Shown: positions 37,314 through 50,884, counted from the first letter of the stretch. The stretch: 64,000 nt of DNA from Tubiluchus corallicola (GCA_030141605.1 JAQGDQ010000130.1:62001-126000); one strand, 5' to 3'. The notes: generated by a model from the letters alone, not told the origin. Numbers and translations: made by a program.

Positions 37314-38594
37314 TTAATCTGTTCTGGAATGCGTGCTTTGGACTTAAAATTACTTCCCAGTAACAGGGCGAAGTGTGCAGAATATCGGAAGCCAAGCATG
37401 CATAAATCTGGAACACGTTTTCTACAGTGGTCACTTGACTGGGTGACTTGAGACAAGGTTATAGTACACGACTACGCGTGCTTTCCTTCTCAGATGCCAA
37501 AGATTGCTTAGTATTGTCACGTTAGAAATGCCAGATATTGTGTGTCTGTGGTGTTATATCATTGAGCACAAGTAAGTAGATGCTAACATTTTTATTAGTC
37601 AATATGAAATTATATAACTCATAAAATTAAGTGTAATATTTTTTGACTAATCAGCCGTAACAAAAACAATGAAAATTAAGTATGTATGCATGATAAACCT
37701 GCGTTTAATGTTGATGACCAGCGTCAGTCACTTCAGTATTAATGATTTTTATAGTTAGACAAGATTTCTCGGCATTATGACCTACTTAAAAAACTTTAGT
37801 ATAAAAGCATATTTACAGGCTGACAGTTTACCTCTTCCATTCCTCATACAGTATTAAGTTGCATATTGTGCAAGAGTCCAAAACTCGCTTTACTTACAGC
37901 CGTTGAAAATACGCAAAAAAACTTGGATTCATTAGCAAAAAAGTTTAAAATATCACTTGCGGTTTTCAGTCACCATCTTTACTGTTATAATTGCATACAC
38001 GTTTTCGTACAATGGTGTACAAACTGTGTTATTTATTACTTGCGTCGTGTCTGTTTGTACTATTATTAGTTATTAAATACTTTGATTAAATTAATTAATT
38101 GGAGTTTAGTGATCGCTTGAGTTTTCTTTCTAAGGATGAGATAATCCATTGTGGACTAAAACCGTACCATTCATGTTTTCTTTTTTATTTCCTTATCCTT
38201 GCAAAATGTAATCGATTTTTTACACTGTCATTGCAAACTAATCAACTTGTTTACACTCTACCAATAAAATAATGAATTTGTTTACGCTCTGTCAATGCAC
38301 AAACCGATCTGTTTCTTTTCAAAGCAAACTAACCAGTCATTTAATTCTATGAGCTTTTTTATGCAAACGCTGTATTTATCGGCAGTACGGGCTTAAATGA
38401 CGTTATCTAAAGACGCAATAAAGAACACAAGGTTTTTTTTGTTTAGTATTAATTAGGAGAATGCTCTTCTGAGGCTTGTAATCTTTATAACTGTCCTTTT
38501 TAGTCTGAAAAGGCAGGTTTTGCTTATTCCAGGAGCTTTCGTACTAACGGTCATCACAGTTGATGAGGTTAATGACGGTCCGGTTAAGAGCACG

Positions 38595-38635
38595 GTTCAG
38601 CTGATGAGGACAGTTAAGACGAATGCATCTGGAAC
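38595..38635 (+). ncRNA. Degenerate minimal hammerhead-ribozyme-like motif
   Basis: gttcag-CTGATGA-ggacagttaagac-GAA-tgca-TC-tggaac. Palindromic stem III as in dimeric minimal hammerheads; one A of GAAA is missing and stem II is mismatched. Confidence 0.4.
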
Positions 38636-39795
38636 ACTCGTTTACAGAGTTCTTCCATAAAAATGTTTCAGTGATATTTCGGACCCATCAAGCTCAGAAG
38701 TTCCTACAAGGAAACATCCAAGTTTTCGCACTTTTGACACAAATGCAGCCGTCATTCAGCCTTTAGTTAAACTTTTGGCAGATTCGGCATAACCAAATAG
38801 GTATGCTTTATTTAGTATTTTAATTGGTATTGTTTATTATTAGCTGTTTTATTAGCTACACTTTGCCATTTTGATAGTTTGAATTGTGACAGCATATTTA
38901 CCCCATTTCACACAAAATCAATGGATGAATACAATCAGTTTTTCAGCCCTCAAAAAAGCAAAATGGATTTGTTCACAGACTTCAGCAGTTAAACTATAGC
39001 CTTGTGAATGAAATGGGTTCTGACGGTACATTTACTCCATTCCTAAAAAATACTAATATATTGATAAGATTCCTTCGCCCTTCTAAAGCAAAGGGGGTTT
39101 TCCTACCGGCTTCAGCAGTTCGTCTGCAGTCATATGAATAAATTGTAGCCGACCTTGAACAATTTCAGGTTTACAGGCTTAAATTTCACATTAAATGTGT
39201 GACACAGAAGCCAATAAAGCATACAGAAGAATGTTGCTGTCGTTTATAAGCTGTAACTTGGGGCTGCTGTTAAAATAAGTTGATTTTATGATGTAAATTA
39301 CGATACTGAACACATTCACAGTAAGTCTTCAAATATTTCGAGAAGACAAAAATTCTTTTGTAAGTATGAGACATTTAATTGAATTTTTTTGAAATTATGA
39401 GTTACTTAATTTTAATTATTACATTTCTTGATATACGTTTTCCATAGTAAATGCATAACGGAAAAAACGAACAAACATCATATTGATTTGTAAATTATTA
39501 ACACATTATTAAAAATGAAATTACAAACTATAAGTGCATCTGTAATAGCATACCAACAGAACAACGTATGCCAACAAGTTTTACTATTATCATTATCAAA
39601 TATAAATTTTTCACGAAAAATAAAATCTTTTTACTTAATTAAAATAGTCAGCAAGTTTGTAAAACAAACATTTTAATATTTATTAACATAAACTAGTCTC
39701 AAAGAGCTATAATTGTAGCATATTTCCTAAACCAGTTGGAGTTGCGTAATAAGCAGACTGCCATTTGTTACAAGCAATGAGAATATTTTCGTTAA

Positions 39796-40170
39796 AGGGG
39801 AAGAAAAGGCATTCGACAGGGGCAATTACAGTATGTCCCAAAAGTTTCTATACAAATTTATATTAATTAGCGTTACGCTTACTTATTTAAAAGACTTCTT
39901 ACCAGCTGGTTAAACGTTTCACTACTCTTGTGTGAACCAAAGAAAAGCGTCACTGGCTCACCCAAAAACAGATTATTGTTCTTTTATTGACAAGTAATTT
40001 ATGCTTTTGCTTTGTTAACAAAGAATATGTTACGAATGCTCTAATTATTTTTTCAAACTTTATGCTATGTTATCTCAACTTGTTTCAAATCACTTGACGC
40101 TAAACTGGCTGCGCCTAACGGCCAACGCATGAATTTAAATTTATATGTAAGTGAAGGGTTTTCTTGTCCT
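39796..40170. mobile_element. Kolobok-type MITE, family B, complete copy
   Basis: TTAA at 39792-39795 and 40171-40174; TIR AGGGGAAGAAAA / TTTTCTTGTCCT; homologous to 7182-7545. Confidence 0.75.
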
Positions 40171-43100
40171 TTAAGATCTACCTGTTTTAAAATTAAAAAA
40201 ACGTCAAGTTAATAAGCAAAACCATATAAACTGGACAAATGTGAAAATTAAAGAAGAAATAACTTTGTTAAATTTTACGACAACCGAAAAGTTGAGCATC
40301 GACAGCAAAGTTCGCACACTCCAGAGGTCGGCTTTGCTATTAGTGACAGTCTAATAAGTAAAGCTTTGCGAGCAGCAGTCATTTTAAGCTCTTTTGGCAT
40401 TAATTCGATTCGTTATTGTGATTAAATATTTTATTAGGTGCGGTGCTTTCCGCATGCGGTATTTCACGGATACGAGATTTATATTCCGGGATGCAGCGGA
40501 TGCTATATTTCACATTTCATGGATGCTGAATCTACGATCACCTTTATTTAGAGTAAAGCTTTTAAATTGTTTATAACAAGAACAACATCTGTTTCATAAG
40601 CAGTCCAGTATATAATAAGTTGTATTACATTTTTGTTACTACGTCCAACGTTTCTACTTCACACTAGAAAAATGTGGTAAAATGCATTATGTGGTGGGAT
40701 TGTAGAATGTAGACTTGGACTAAACTGGCATAGTTAAACACAAGCAGGCTTTACAAATCTGAATTCTACTTAAACTCATTTGCTTCATTGTATTTGGTAT
40801 TTAGTATTAAACAATACTAAGATTGCAACCAAAGTTAAGTAATAAGGCTGGTCAGTGAATCGATGGGCGAAACCTGAGTTTACTGTGTATGGCTTCATCT
40901 GTCATATTATACATTTTTTCCTTTTTAGGACATCTCCTGGTCATGTTTTCCTGCAGTGTGAGGTTATGGAACTGCCACTCCGAAACAACAGGTCTACCGA
41001 GTCAATCCTTTCGATGCCCTGATAGCATTCTGTTATTCTACCATTCTGCCATGTGCTGTTGTTCGACGAGGTTGGTAAAGTTTCTTGCAACTTTTCATGA
41101 GTACCATAATAGTACAATTAATTAATCAACTTGAAAAATGAAGCATATGGTTGTATTTTTGGTACATGGCCTGAGATGGGGGCGAGGATCTTGTAGCGTT
41201 CAACAAACGACCAAAGTTGAGCAACACTGAGGCTTGTTCGGTAAATGGAAAATTACTTCACTGGTTGTACTTGGGACCGTCTGTATAAAAAACAAATTTG
41301 ACCAAAAGTAAGAAACTTTGAAAGAAATAAGGTAGGTTGGCCTAGATTTGAATCAGAAACTTTTGGACTAAAGAAAATAGGGCAAACGAATATTTAGAAT
41401 TACCACTGATTGATGAAATATTGTATAGGATTGTATGGTAGTCAAACCATAGTTTAATTTCAGTTTGCAGTACACCGGTTGGATCCACAGTCAGGTGACT
41501 ACAGTGACATTGAGACACAGAAGACAGCATAACATCCTCGCTTGAAGAATATGTACGCGAGTGCCGTCCAAAGGATACAGGACCACAAGAGGAAGATAAA
41601 GATATTAGGATATTAGTGAATGAAAGAGGGTGGAGAAGTTGATGTTGGATAAAGGTTGTGTTATCCGACCAGTTACACCGCCGTACGAAAATTTGCAAGT
41701 AATTTCTGCTGTTTTAAAAAAAATCAGTCTGTCTGCAAGCTTATTGTAAACCTAAGATAAAAAATATTTTGCCTTGCCGGTAATCGTGCATCACTAATTT
41801 CATTTCGTTTGGCTCAGCATTCAAATATACATTACTGTAAGCAAACGAAACAACATGTGCACATGAACAAACAATCATAAAGTGCATGAAACGATCACCT
41901 ATCACTTTTGCATGAGTTACATCATTGCATTTAATTACGCCTGTAACAATATGGTTATTATGATCATCTTACTATAGAGTAACAGACCTAATTTTAAAAA
42001 TTTAAAGCAGCAAAGCCAAACCTAAAATTAAAAGACCAGGAAACTGTTTGTCGCTTGAAATTAGCATTAAATTGTCTTACTGTATGTCTTACTGCACTTG
42101 GGATAAAATAGTTCAGAAGTTTTTGCAAATAAAGCTTTTATACCAGCCAGATTTCAGTTTCTCAAAATTTGATGTAAGAACGTGGGATAGTCTACGGTCC
42201 ACGTTTGATGCATTCGGTGATTGTGATTTTAGTCTTGCACGGCGAGTTACACGTTGTAGAAGCTTTTTACTGTTATTTAAATTTTTGCTATCGCTTTTTA
42301 ACTGCTTTTGTGTTATAATCAGCGAAAGAAGGTAAATAAGCGCTACAAAAATCGGTGTTTTCTTTTGCCAATATGAACTTTCTTATCTCGTATATTAAAG
42401 GAAGCGTATTGCTTATTATACTTGTCAGGTTGTTACAGTTTTATTTATCAAAGATCTGTCTTTTCAGTGTTGTACTTCTGTGTCAATGACGTATTCTTTA
42501 AAATAGCGTACAAGAATTCATAAATCATACTTTATAAATAATTTCTTTTTATGCTAATTGTTTGATCATTTTAGATACAATTCAGTTATGAGTCACGACG
42601 ACACTCGGGTGATAGGTGACTGCAGTAGCACCAACATCAGAAGAATATACAATACCAAACAGAAGGCGGCACTGCAGAGTAACTTCACGGTAGCAAGTTC
42701 TGTTTATGATGGCTGTAGCGAACTTTCCGTTACGAAAGAACTTTGAAAAAAGGACAGTAATTGTTCCAAGACAGACTTAAGGTCATGTAAATATTGATAG
42801 TAATTATATTATGTTGTCCTAAAAAGACGAACCATTAATCTCCCATGTTTTTGCTTTGTTTATAGTATAACATTGTCATTTTTATGATGGCATTATTTTC
42901 TTTGGCAAGTATAAGTAAAAGTTTCAGTGCAAAAATGGCTATAATGTATTTAATAGTAAAGGGAATTAAATACTATTGCCTTGGAGGTATTTACTGTATT
43001 TTTTCAAAAGGAATTTTTTATAGAAATAGATCGATATTTCTCAGTCGTCTTTATAGGATTCAATTTCTATGTCCATTTAAAATCGTTTCTATTGAATTAG

Positions 43101-43315
43101 TTGACGAAAAAGTCTTCTGTATAAATCCTGGCCGAGTTCCAACTCTTTCATGTTATCTTCCTTTTGGTTGTAATTGGTTTCCAAAGTTTTTGTATTGAGG
43201 TCACAATAATAATAATAATTTTGAAAATGAGATAACGAATAATATTAAATTTTAATAATAACTTATTTAGTAATTAACAAGTTTATAATAATAAGAAAGT
43301 AATGCGCGTGAGTGT

Positions 43316-43555
43316 CAAGTTTTCTGCAAGGGCTTCACTTTACGATTGAGACTTGCAAACAACACGAAGTCTGTCATTGTAGTTACTCTGTTACTTGAGG
43401 AGTTAGGTCACAAGTCATGAAAAGAGGAAACCACTGAAGACAGAGTGGTCAAACTTGTTACAAGGTAGATTCCGCCCTGTTGAGGGTGTAAGGTACCAAG
43501 CAAGTGTTCTGTGCTTAGAGCCATCTCTAGCAGTGTGAGGATTGAAGGTCAGCAT
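43316..43555 (+). repeat. Dispersed repeat, inverted partner at ~50885-51114
   Basis: Shared blocks caagttttctgcaagggc, gttactctg.tacttga.gagtt and gaaaag.ggaaaccactgaagacaga. Confidence 0.8.
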
Positions 43556-43605
43556 CTAATTAGGTCAGATCCTAGTGCATTCTGTACTTGGGAATATTTG
43601 CTGAA

Positions 43606-44140
43606 GTTTTTCTTTCTCTCGGTTTGTTCCCTTTTCTTCTCTTTCCCTCTCCCTGTCCTGCTTCCTTCTTTCTCTCCTGCTCACACTCTCTCCCTCTGTC
43701 TTTCTTCATCTCTCTTTTTCTCTTTCTCTCTCTCTCTCTCTCTCTTTCTGTCTCAGTCTCCCTCCCTACCCTTCTCTTTCTTCGTGTTCTTCTGCTGTGT
43801 TTACCCTCTCTTGGCGACTTTGTACTGCTCTTTCCATGTTAGTTATTGCGTTTTTTCTCTCTACCCTTGTCTTTCTCGTTTTTCATTTCCCCCTTACTTT
43901 ATATGCACTTTCTCTCCCACTCTCTCTCTCCTTTCTCTCTCTCTTTCTCTCTCATTCAGTCACTCACTCACTCTCTCTCTGTGTGTGTTCTCTCTCGCTC
44001 TCTCTCTCTCACAGACACTCTCAACATTCCCTCCGTCTCTCTTTCTCGCTCATTTTCACACAGTCTTGATTGCAGCTGTGTTCTCAGCTTTATTTCTTAC
44101 TCACTTTCACCGCCATTCTCTCATTCGTTCTCTCATTTGC
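43606..44140. repeat. Degenerate (CT)n pyrimidine-rich tract
   Basis: Directly visible; source of the S/L/F-rich ORFs at 43511-44253. Confidence 0.9.
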
Positions 44141-46343
44141 TGGCTTTATCATTGAAAAAAACCCAATTCTCAGTCTTTAGCATGAAACTTTTGTTTTCGT
44201 TTTTTTCAGATGGCGTAATTCAGTTAAATTTTATTAAAAGTGCCAGCATTTAGTTGATCAGGTGCAGGATGAGCTATACCCTGGAAAACAATTCTCTTGG
44301 TTTTGTATTAAATCCATTAATTAAAAAATGTTCTGACATTCACTTAAACTCAAGTCATTTATTGCTGCCTAATTCGCATTTTAGTTAATTTTTGCAATCG
44401 GTTAGTGTTTTAACGGTCTTGCACACCGTTGTTTATAGTCTGTTTTTATTTAAATGTTTCCTGAAAATACAGCATATGCTACATTTAACAGATCTCGACT
44501 TAACCTTCTGCTAACAATAATAATTGGTTTTTTCCATACTAACATATTTGGTAAATTAACAAATTATACTGATCTTTGTAAGTGTGGGCCTGAATAAGCA
44601 TGTGCTAAAAATACTGTACTTCCAGGAGACATTGTAATAAAAACAAAATCGTCTCTTAATTATGATTACTAAAAACACTTTAGCCGCAGAAAAGTTCAAA
44701 CTTGTCAAAATCAAACAAAGAATGACATTAAATAGGTCTTTTTGTTTACGTCGTCAGAATGTTTATTTTTTGTGTAATCAAATCCGAAATCATTATGGAT
44801 TACATCCCAGGCATTTTTGCTAACTGACTTTTGCTAATAGTAAAATTGCACATGCCATATTAGTATCTTATAGTCAAGGTGCATATGTGTCACATGGTTT
44901 AATCCCCTCTGTAATACTGTGGTACATTTTCATATGGCAAAGGAATTTGCATGTTGCGATTACTATCTAGCAGGTGGCAGCAGCAGTAACTGCTATCCAT
45001 TGGTGCGTGGTTTAAAACTTCCTGAAGCTGAATTCTAAAGGGTTCGATGTGAAAATGAGTTGGTAATTGGTTAGACAACCCCCGTGTTGAGGAGAACACG
45101 TGACATGGAGAAAGTGAAGAGAAATTCCTGCTTCTTAAATTTTTAGTACTATCCTAAGACGTGGTTATTTGACATGATGGAGTGTAGTTAGATAACTGAC
45201 AACTAGCTAGGGTAAGAACAGGTCACGTTTAGAACAGGTGTCACGCCATTAATTGAAGGTTGGTGTAGGGATTCGTCACATTTGCAAAATTGTTTCAATT
45301 CTCAATACTGTTTTTTGTGTACAGCTTGCTGATTTTTGTCGCATTCAAAGAAATAGGCGTAGTTAATTAAAAACAGAACGATGGCTGATAAAAATATTAA
45401 GTTTAATTTGATATAATGGCTGAAAATATTGTTGGATTTCTATGTTAAAATGCTATGTTTACCTCACAAAGCGCAACATAGTTTTTCTCCAGCACTACAT
45501 TAATGTATTTAATTTATTTATATTTTATTAACTGCTTTTATTGTCTCTGCTGTAGGTCTAATTGCTTTTCTGGCAGGCAGAATATTAACATTTGGAACAA
45601 ACCAGAACAGTTTCCCAATTATAGACTAACTACGACGTAACAGTCTTCATGGCCGATACCTACCTATTTAGATCATTTTGTCGCAACGACGCTATGGTCA
45701 TAATTTTTTTTACATGTTTCAATATGAGCTTCTCTTGGTTATTCTTATTTAGACTGATTATAATAAATTCTAATGCAGGCCAATACAAGATGGATATATT
45801 GTTAGTATGTAACAGTGCATATACGTCGCACAGTTTAATCCTCTTTTAACCTGTGGTCCTTTTTCATGATAAACTTTCCGAAGTTCTGTTTTCAGAAGAA
45901 AATTTACATGTTATGGTTAGCCTCTGGCAGGTGGCAGCAGCAGGTAGTGGTATGCATAGTTGAGAAGCTTGGGTAACATTTCAAGCTAAAGGAGCCGACA
46001 TGAAAAGAGCTGGTAAGACAATTCCTGTGGGGAAGAAAAGCCCTGCGACATAGCGAAGGTGATGCGAAATTCCTCACATTCAAATTTTTCAAAAACACGT
46101 TGGACTTTTGAAATAACGGGTACATTTTTAGACATGATGCTACACAGCCTTGCTACTTGCTCTTACTGTTTGGTAAGTTTGTTAGTTATTTGCTTTTCTG
46201 CCAGGCAAGACCATTTGAACAGTTTCCCAATTATAGATTATGTCGAAATCACGATCAATGCAGATTGATTTAGAGCATTTTGTACAGCAACTCTCTGCCA
46301 AGGTGTGATGCGGTTCAACTCTGAGGTTCATTTGGTAAAAGTG

Positions 46344-48482
46344 CTGCGCTACATAACAAAAATGCTTCATTATGTAAAAAAATCACAATTTTTCATTAAG
46401 TATCAAGTCATTATGTAACTATAACTATGCATCAAAAATGATGCATTATGTAACAAACTAAGGTAGAGTTGATCGTGGTCTGTGGATAGGTCTTGTCACC
46501 GTCTCGGCTTGTTCTAATTACTAGAATGGGTTATTGTCTTTCTGTCCTAGAAATTGGTCGCCTGGCTGTGACCTGGTCTGTCTGACCCCTGATCTGTCAG
46601 ACGTCTGGTCTGTGAGGAGCTTCGTCTGTCTTGGTGTGGTCTTTCTGGTCTGTCTGTTTGGGGACCTGTCTTCAGAGGTCTCATCTGAAGGTCTCAGGCT
46701 GATTTGTCTGAGGTTCTGATCTGTCAAATTTCTGGTCCGTGGCAGATCTGTATAAATTCCAGTCTTCAGTGGTTTGATCTGCGGTTGGTCTTCACAGGTG
46801 TGGTCTGTAGGTGGCGTGCCTTGTCTTGCCTTCATAAGAGTGATCAATCTGAATTCATGTTTGGGGTTGGTCTGATTTGTCACGGTCTGGGTTTGCCCTG
46901 ATTACTAGACTTTGTTAGTTTCTTTCTGTTATAGAAGTGGGTTGAGTGGCTATGGTTCGGTCTGTCTGGAGTCTAATCTGTCTGATATCTGATTCATATC
47001 TGGTGTTGAGTCTTCATACGTCTGATCTGTAGCTGATCATGTCTGAAATATGATCTTTAGAAGTCTGGTTTGTGGCTAATCTGTCATTGGCCTAGTATTT
47101 AGACGTTTGGCCTGCAAATAGTGTGCCTGGCTGATCTTCATAGGTGAATTCTATCAGAATTTATGCCTGTGGTCTGGGCTTTAGAGGTCTGATCTGTGGT
47201 TGGTCGGTGAAGAGCTTTTTATCTTGGTGTACTCTTTAGGTGTCTGGACTGTTGCTGGTATGTCTGCGTCTGCTCTTCAGAGGTCTGATCTATCAGAAAT
47301 CTGGTCTATAGCAGGTTTGTCTGTGGCTGATTTGTCTGAGGTTGTGATCTGTCAGATTTCTACTCTGTTGCTGATCTGAATGGACTCAAATCTGCAGTTG
47401 ATCTGTCTAGAGACTGGCCTTCAGAAATCGGGTCTGCAGCTGGTGTTCCTGGGTCTGGTTTGAAGCTGGTGTGCCTGGGTCTTCACAAGTGTGATCTGTC
47501 ACATAATTTATGTTTGTGGTTGGTCTGACTTGTCACGTTCTAGGGTTGCTCTAATTACTAGAATGGGTTAGTTTCTTTCTGTTATAGAAGTGGGTCAACT
47601 GGCTGTGGTTCAGTCTGTCTGGAGTCTGACCTGTCTGTGGTCTGATTCATGTCTGGTGTCGAGTCTTCAGAAGTCTGATCTGTGAGGTTTGTCTGTCTGA
47701 GTGTATTCTATTTGGGTGAAGTCTTCGGATGTCTGGACTGTTGCCATCTGTCTGCCTGCTCGTTAGAGGTCTGATCTATTAATAATCTGGTCTGTAGCAG
47801 GTCTGTCTGGTGACTGTTCTTCAGAGATCAGGTTTTCAGAAGTCTTCTATAGCTGGTATGTCTGGGGTTTTGTAGTCTTCGGATGTCTGGACTGTTGCCA
47901 TCTGTCTGCCTGCTCGTTAGAGGTCTGATCTATTAATAATCTGGTCTGTAGCAGGTCTGTCTGGTGACTGTTCTTCAGAGATCAGGTTTTCAGAAGTCTT
48001 CTATAGCTGGTATGTCTGGGGTTTTGTAGTCTTCGGATGTCTGTACTGTTGCCATCTGTCTGCCTGCTCGTTAGAGGTCTGATCTATTAATAATCTGGTC
48101 TGTAGCAGGTCTGTCTGGTGACTGTTCTTCAGAGATCAGGTTTTCAGAAGTCTTCTATAGCTGGAATGTCTGGGGTTTTGTAGTCTTCGGATGTCTGGAC
48201 TGTTGCCATCTGTCTGCCTGCTCGTTAGAGGTCTGATCTATTAATAATCTGGTCTGTAGCAGGTCTGTCTGGTGACTGTTCTTCAGAGATCAGGTTTTCA
48301 GAAGTCTTCTATAGCTGGTATGTCTGTGGTTTTGTATTCAGAAGTCTGCTATGTATAGGATGAGAAAGACAAGGCCTACCCACAGATTAAGATCAATCCT
48401 ACATACATTTGCTACATAATTCATAATTCTTGTTGAATAATACGTTTTTACATAATGATGCAAAATTTGTTAGATAATACAG
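46344..48482. mobile_element. Fold-back / long-TIR non-autonomous element with satellite-like interior
   Basis: 46463-46497 is the imperfect reverse complement of 48368-48402. The outer cattatgtaa / ttacataat arms extend the symmetry to ~46344 and ~48482. The interior is TCTG-rich repeat. Confidence 0.7.
47720..48335. repeat. 154-bp tandem repeat, 4 near-identical copies
   Basis: agtcttcggatgtctg starts at 47720, 47874, 48028 and 48182. Confidence 0.97.
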
Positions 48483-50884
48483 CTTTTTTTCAAAAAGTGA
48501 ACCTTTACCGTGTTTCTAGTAGACGATCATTGAACACAGTATTTGCAAACTATAAGTACTGATTTGCTCAAATTATGGTTTTTGTTCTGGTTTTCAAGAA
48601 CTAACGAAAAACAAGGCCATGATCGATAAGCTGGTTTAGCTTAATGTGAAACAATGGGTGTATTAATTATTACAATCTTAACGTAACGATAAAAAAACAG
48701 ATAAAGTTGAAAAAGAGGAAAATGTGGTAAAGTTTGATAAAGTTGAAAGACAGGAAAATGTGTTGGAAACATCTTCTGCTTATACGAGGCAGAGGCCCTA
48801 GCTGCTTTTGAAAGGCGGCCTTGCTGCTTTTGAAAGCAAGTTTATGATAGGAAATAACAGGTGTATTAAGTATTTATTTCTAGTAGGCTATCTTTGAACA
48901 CAATATTTGTCTTAAAAATACAGAATGCTTCTCATATCTACATTGACAAAAACTCGTTAAGCTTAATATGAAATTAAAGGGCGTATTAATTTTATTTGCA
49001 GCGTCGGTTTATAACTATCGCTGAATTCGATATTTACGTCGCAAAAAAACTAATTCGATTACTTATTTATCTTTGCAGGAAAATTTATGGCTGTAGCTCT
49101 TTGTTTATGTGCTGTAGGACTGCTAATTGTTTTCTTTGAGCCAGCAGAACATTTAAACAATTGAAACCATTCCACCAGTTTCCCAGTTACAGACAGACTG
49201 GTGTCATCGTTGCTGCCAGTACAGATTTATTCAGTCAGTGCATTTTCTTACATGAAAGTTTGATGCATGTTTCACTATTAGTTTTACTAGCTTAAGTTAT
49301 TTACACTAATTTAAATTATTTACACTGATTGCAGTAATGCAGAGGAACAAAACAGCCCATGTTGTTAAGTATCTAATAGCCATTGCACCACTTGGTTTAA
49401 TCCTCTCGGTAATCCAGTCGCACATTTTCAAAATGATGATAAAGTGAAAGTTGTTCTAATTACAGAAGAAAATTTACATCTTACAATTGGTGTCTCGCAG
49501 GTGGCAGCAACAAGCTAAAGGATTCAATATGAAAATTAGCTGGTAGCTGGTAAGACAAACTCTGCTGAGGAGAACACAATCAGCGAACACAAATTTCTGA
49601 TTTTTAACATTTTTCAAACGCATGGTTAAAGCGTGTGATAATCTGAGATACAGGATACTGGTTTTTTAATAAAGAGAATATTAGGCTAGGCCACCTCTAG
49701 AACAGACGTGTCATTAGTAAAGGATGCTGTAGACATTCAATCACTTTTGCCAAGTGGATTTTCGTTGAAAATAAGCTCGAAGCAATATTTCATATTTGTA
49801 GTTGGAACCTAAGGGGTGCAGAATATTTTTGACACAGAACGTAAGACTATGGTTTCACCTTGGTACTGAATTTAGCGATAAAAAGGGAGTAAGATTATTT
49901 TTAAAAAATGTAATTGCAAAAACTGTTTACTAATAGGAGGAATCTGCACGTAAAAGTGCTAGCATATATTTTTCTAGCCAAAAATGAAGCACATGTGTAG
50001 GCGTAGGTGTTTATTTTCCTTCAATATGTACTTCGGTTCCACACAAGAAAAAATGATTCTGGCAGTCATTTTGCAGCTCAGTAAACTTCTTCACACGACA
50101 TTATAATGTATATATTGCATAGATGGTTTAAATACTAAATATTCCGATCATTTTTCAACATTTCAATAATTTGAATATATAGATGTTTTTATTTAAATGC
50201 TGCCTGTAAATACAACATATATTTTAACAGCTTCTCAATTAACCTTGCTACTAGTTTTCCTTCCAAACTAACATGTAGTGTGTTTTACACTGACAAATTG
50301 TTCTTATGCGTAGTCCTAACCACCTACTAATCCGTTGTATACACAGGAGGCATAGCAATAAAAACAACCTTTTTGCTTAATTATGACTACCAAAAAATTT
50401 AGCAAAAAGCTAAGTCGAAATTTAAGAAAAAGTACAAACTTTGAGTTGCAAGTAATGTAAGTGAAACTGACCTGGCAAACCCTTCCTGAAGCAATTCTTG
50501 CTCTTAGGTTCCTGCTGTAAGATTAACAAATTTCGGAATTTTGTACTAGTGCAAGATTTCGGGTTTTTTTGTAAGAGAAAAAAGTGTGTGATTCTCTGTC
50601 GCTCATGATTCAGACACTACACGGATTTTTTTTTCAATTAAAATTTTACTATGATTAGGTTACCATGATTAACTTCCAGGAATAGGCTGTGTAGCTGGTT
50701 TTTGTTGATATTTTATCAGAAACTTTCCTTCTATTACATAAACTGAAATTTGGTTTTTCTCATTGATAGTTTGTTAAAACACTCTCTGCTACATCTAACA
50801 TCTGTGCACTACCTGTATAATGTTTCTAGAAAAGCTTTGCAAATATTTCTCCATCAGTAATACACTTGGATCTTACCGTAGGGT

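Larger units (their letters stand above)
44441..50405 (+). repeat. Old local array of three diverged modules (Z-Y-X-Y-X ... X-Y-Z), interrupted by the fold-back element
   Basis: Z: 44441-44690, 50183-50405. Y (contains GCAGGTGGCAGCA): ~44950-45290, 45898-46140, 49465-49755. X (contains cagtttccca.tta.aga): ~45540-45665, 46165-46265, 49090-49235. Confidence 0.7.

Noticed and set aside
43511-44253. 214-aa, 135-aa and other S/L/F-rich ORFs (also those at 457-955, 8083-8627, 18223-18471, 28937-29317 and 35418-35682)
   Set aside because: Translations of (CT)n, (AG)n, (ATT)n or other low-complexity DNA.
46521-46901. ORFs within the TCTG-rich region as real proteins
   Set aside because: Products of the skewed repeat composition; frames are not preserved between repeat copies.
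47720-48335. CRISPR-like array
   Set aside because: Units are contiguous 154-bp tandem copies with no unique spacers, there are no cas genes, and the context is eukaryotic.
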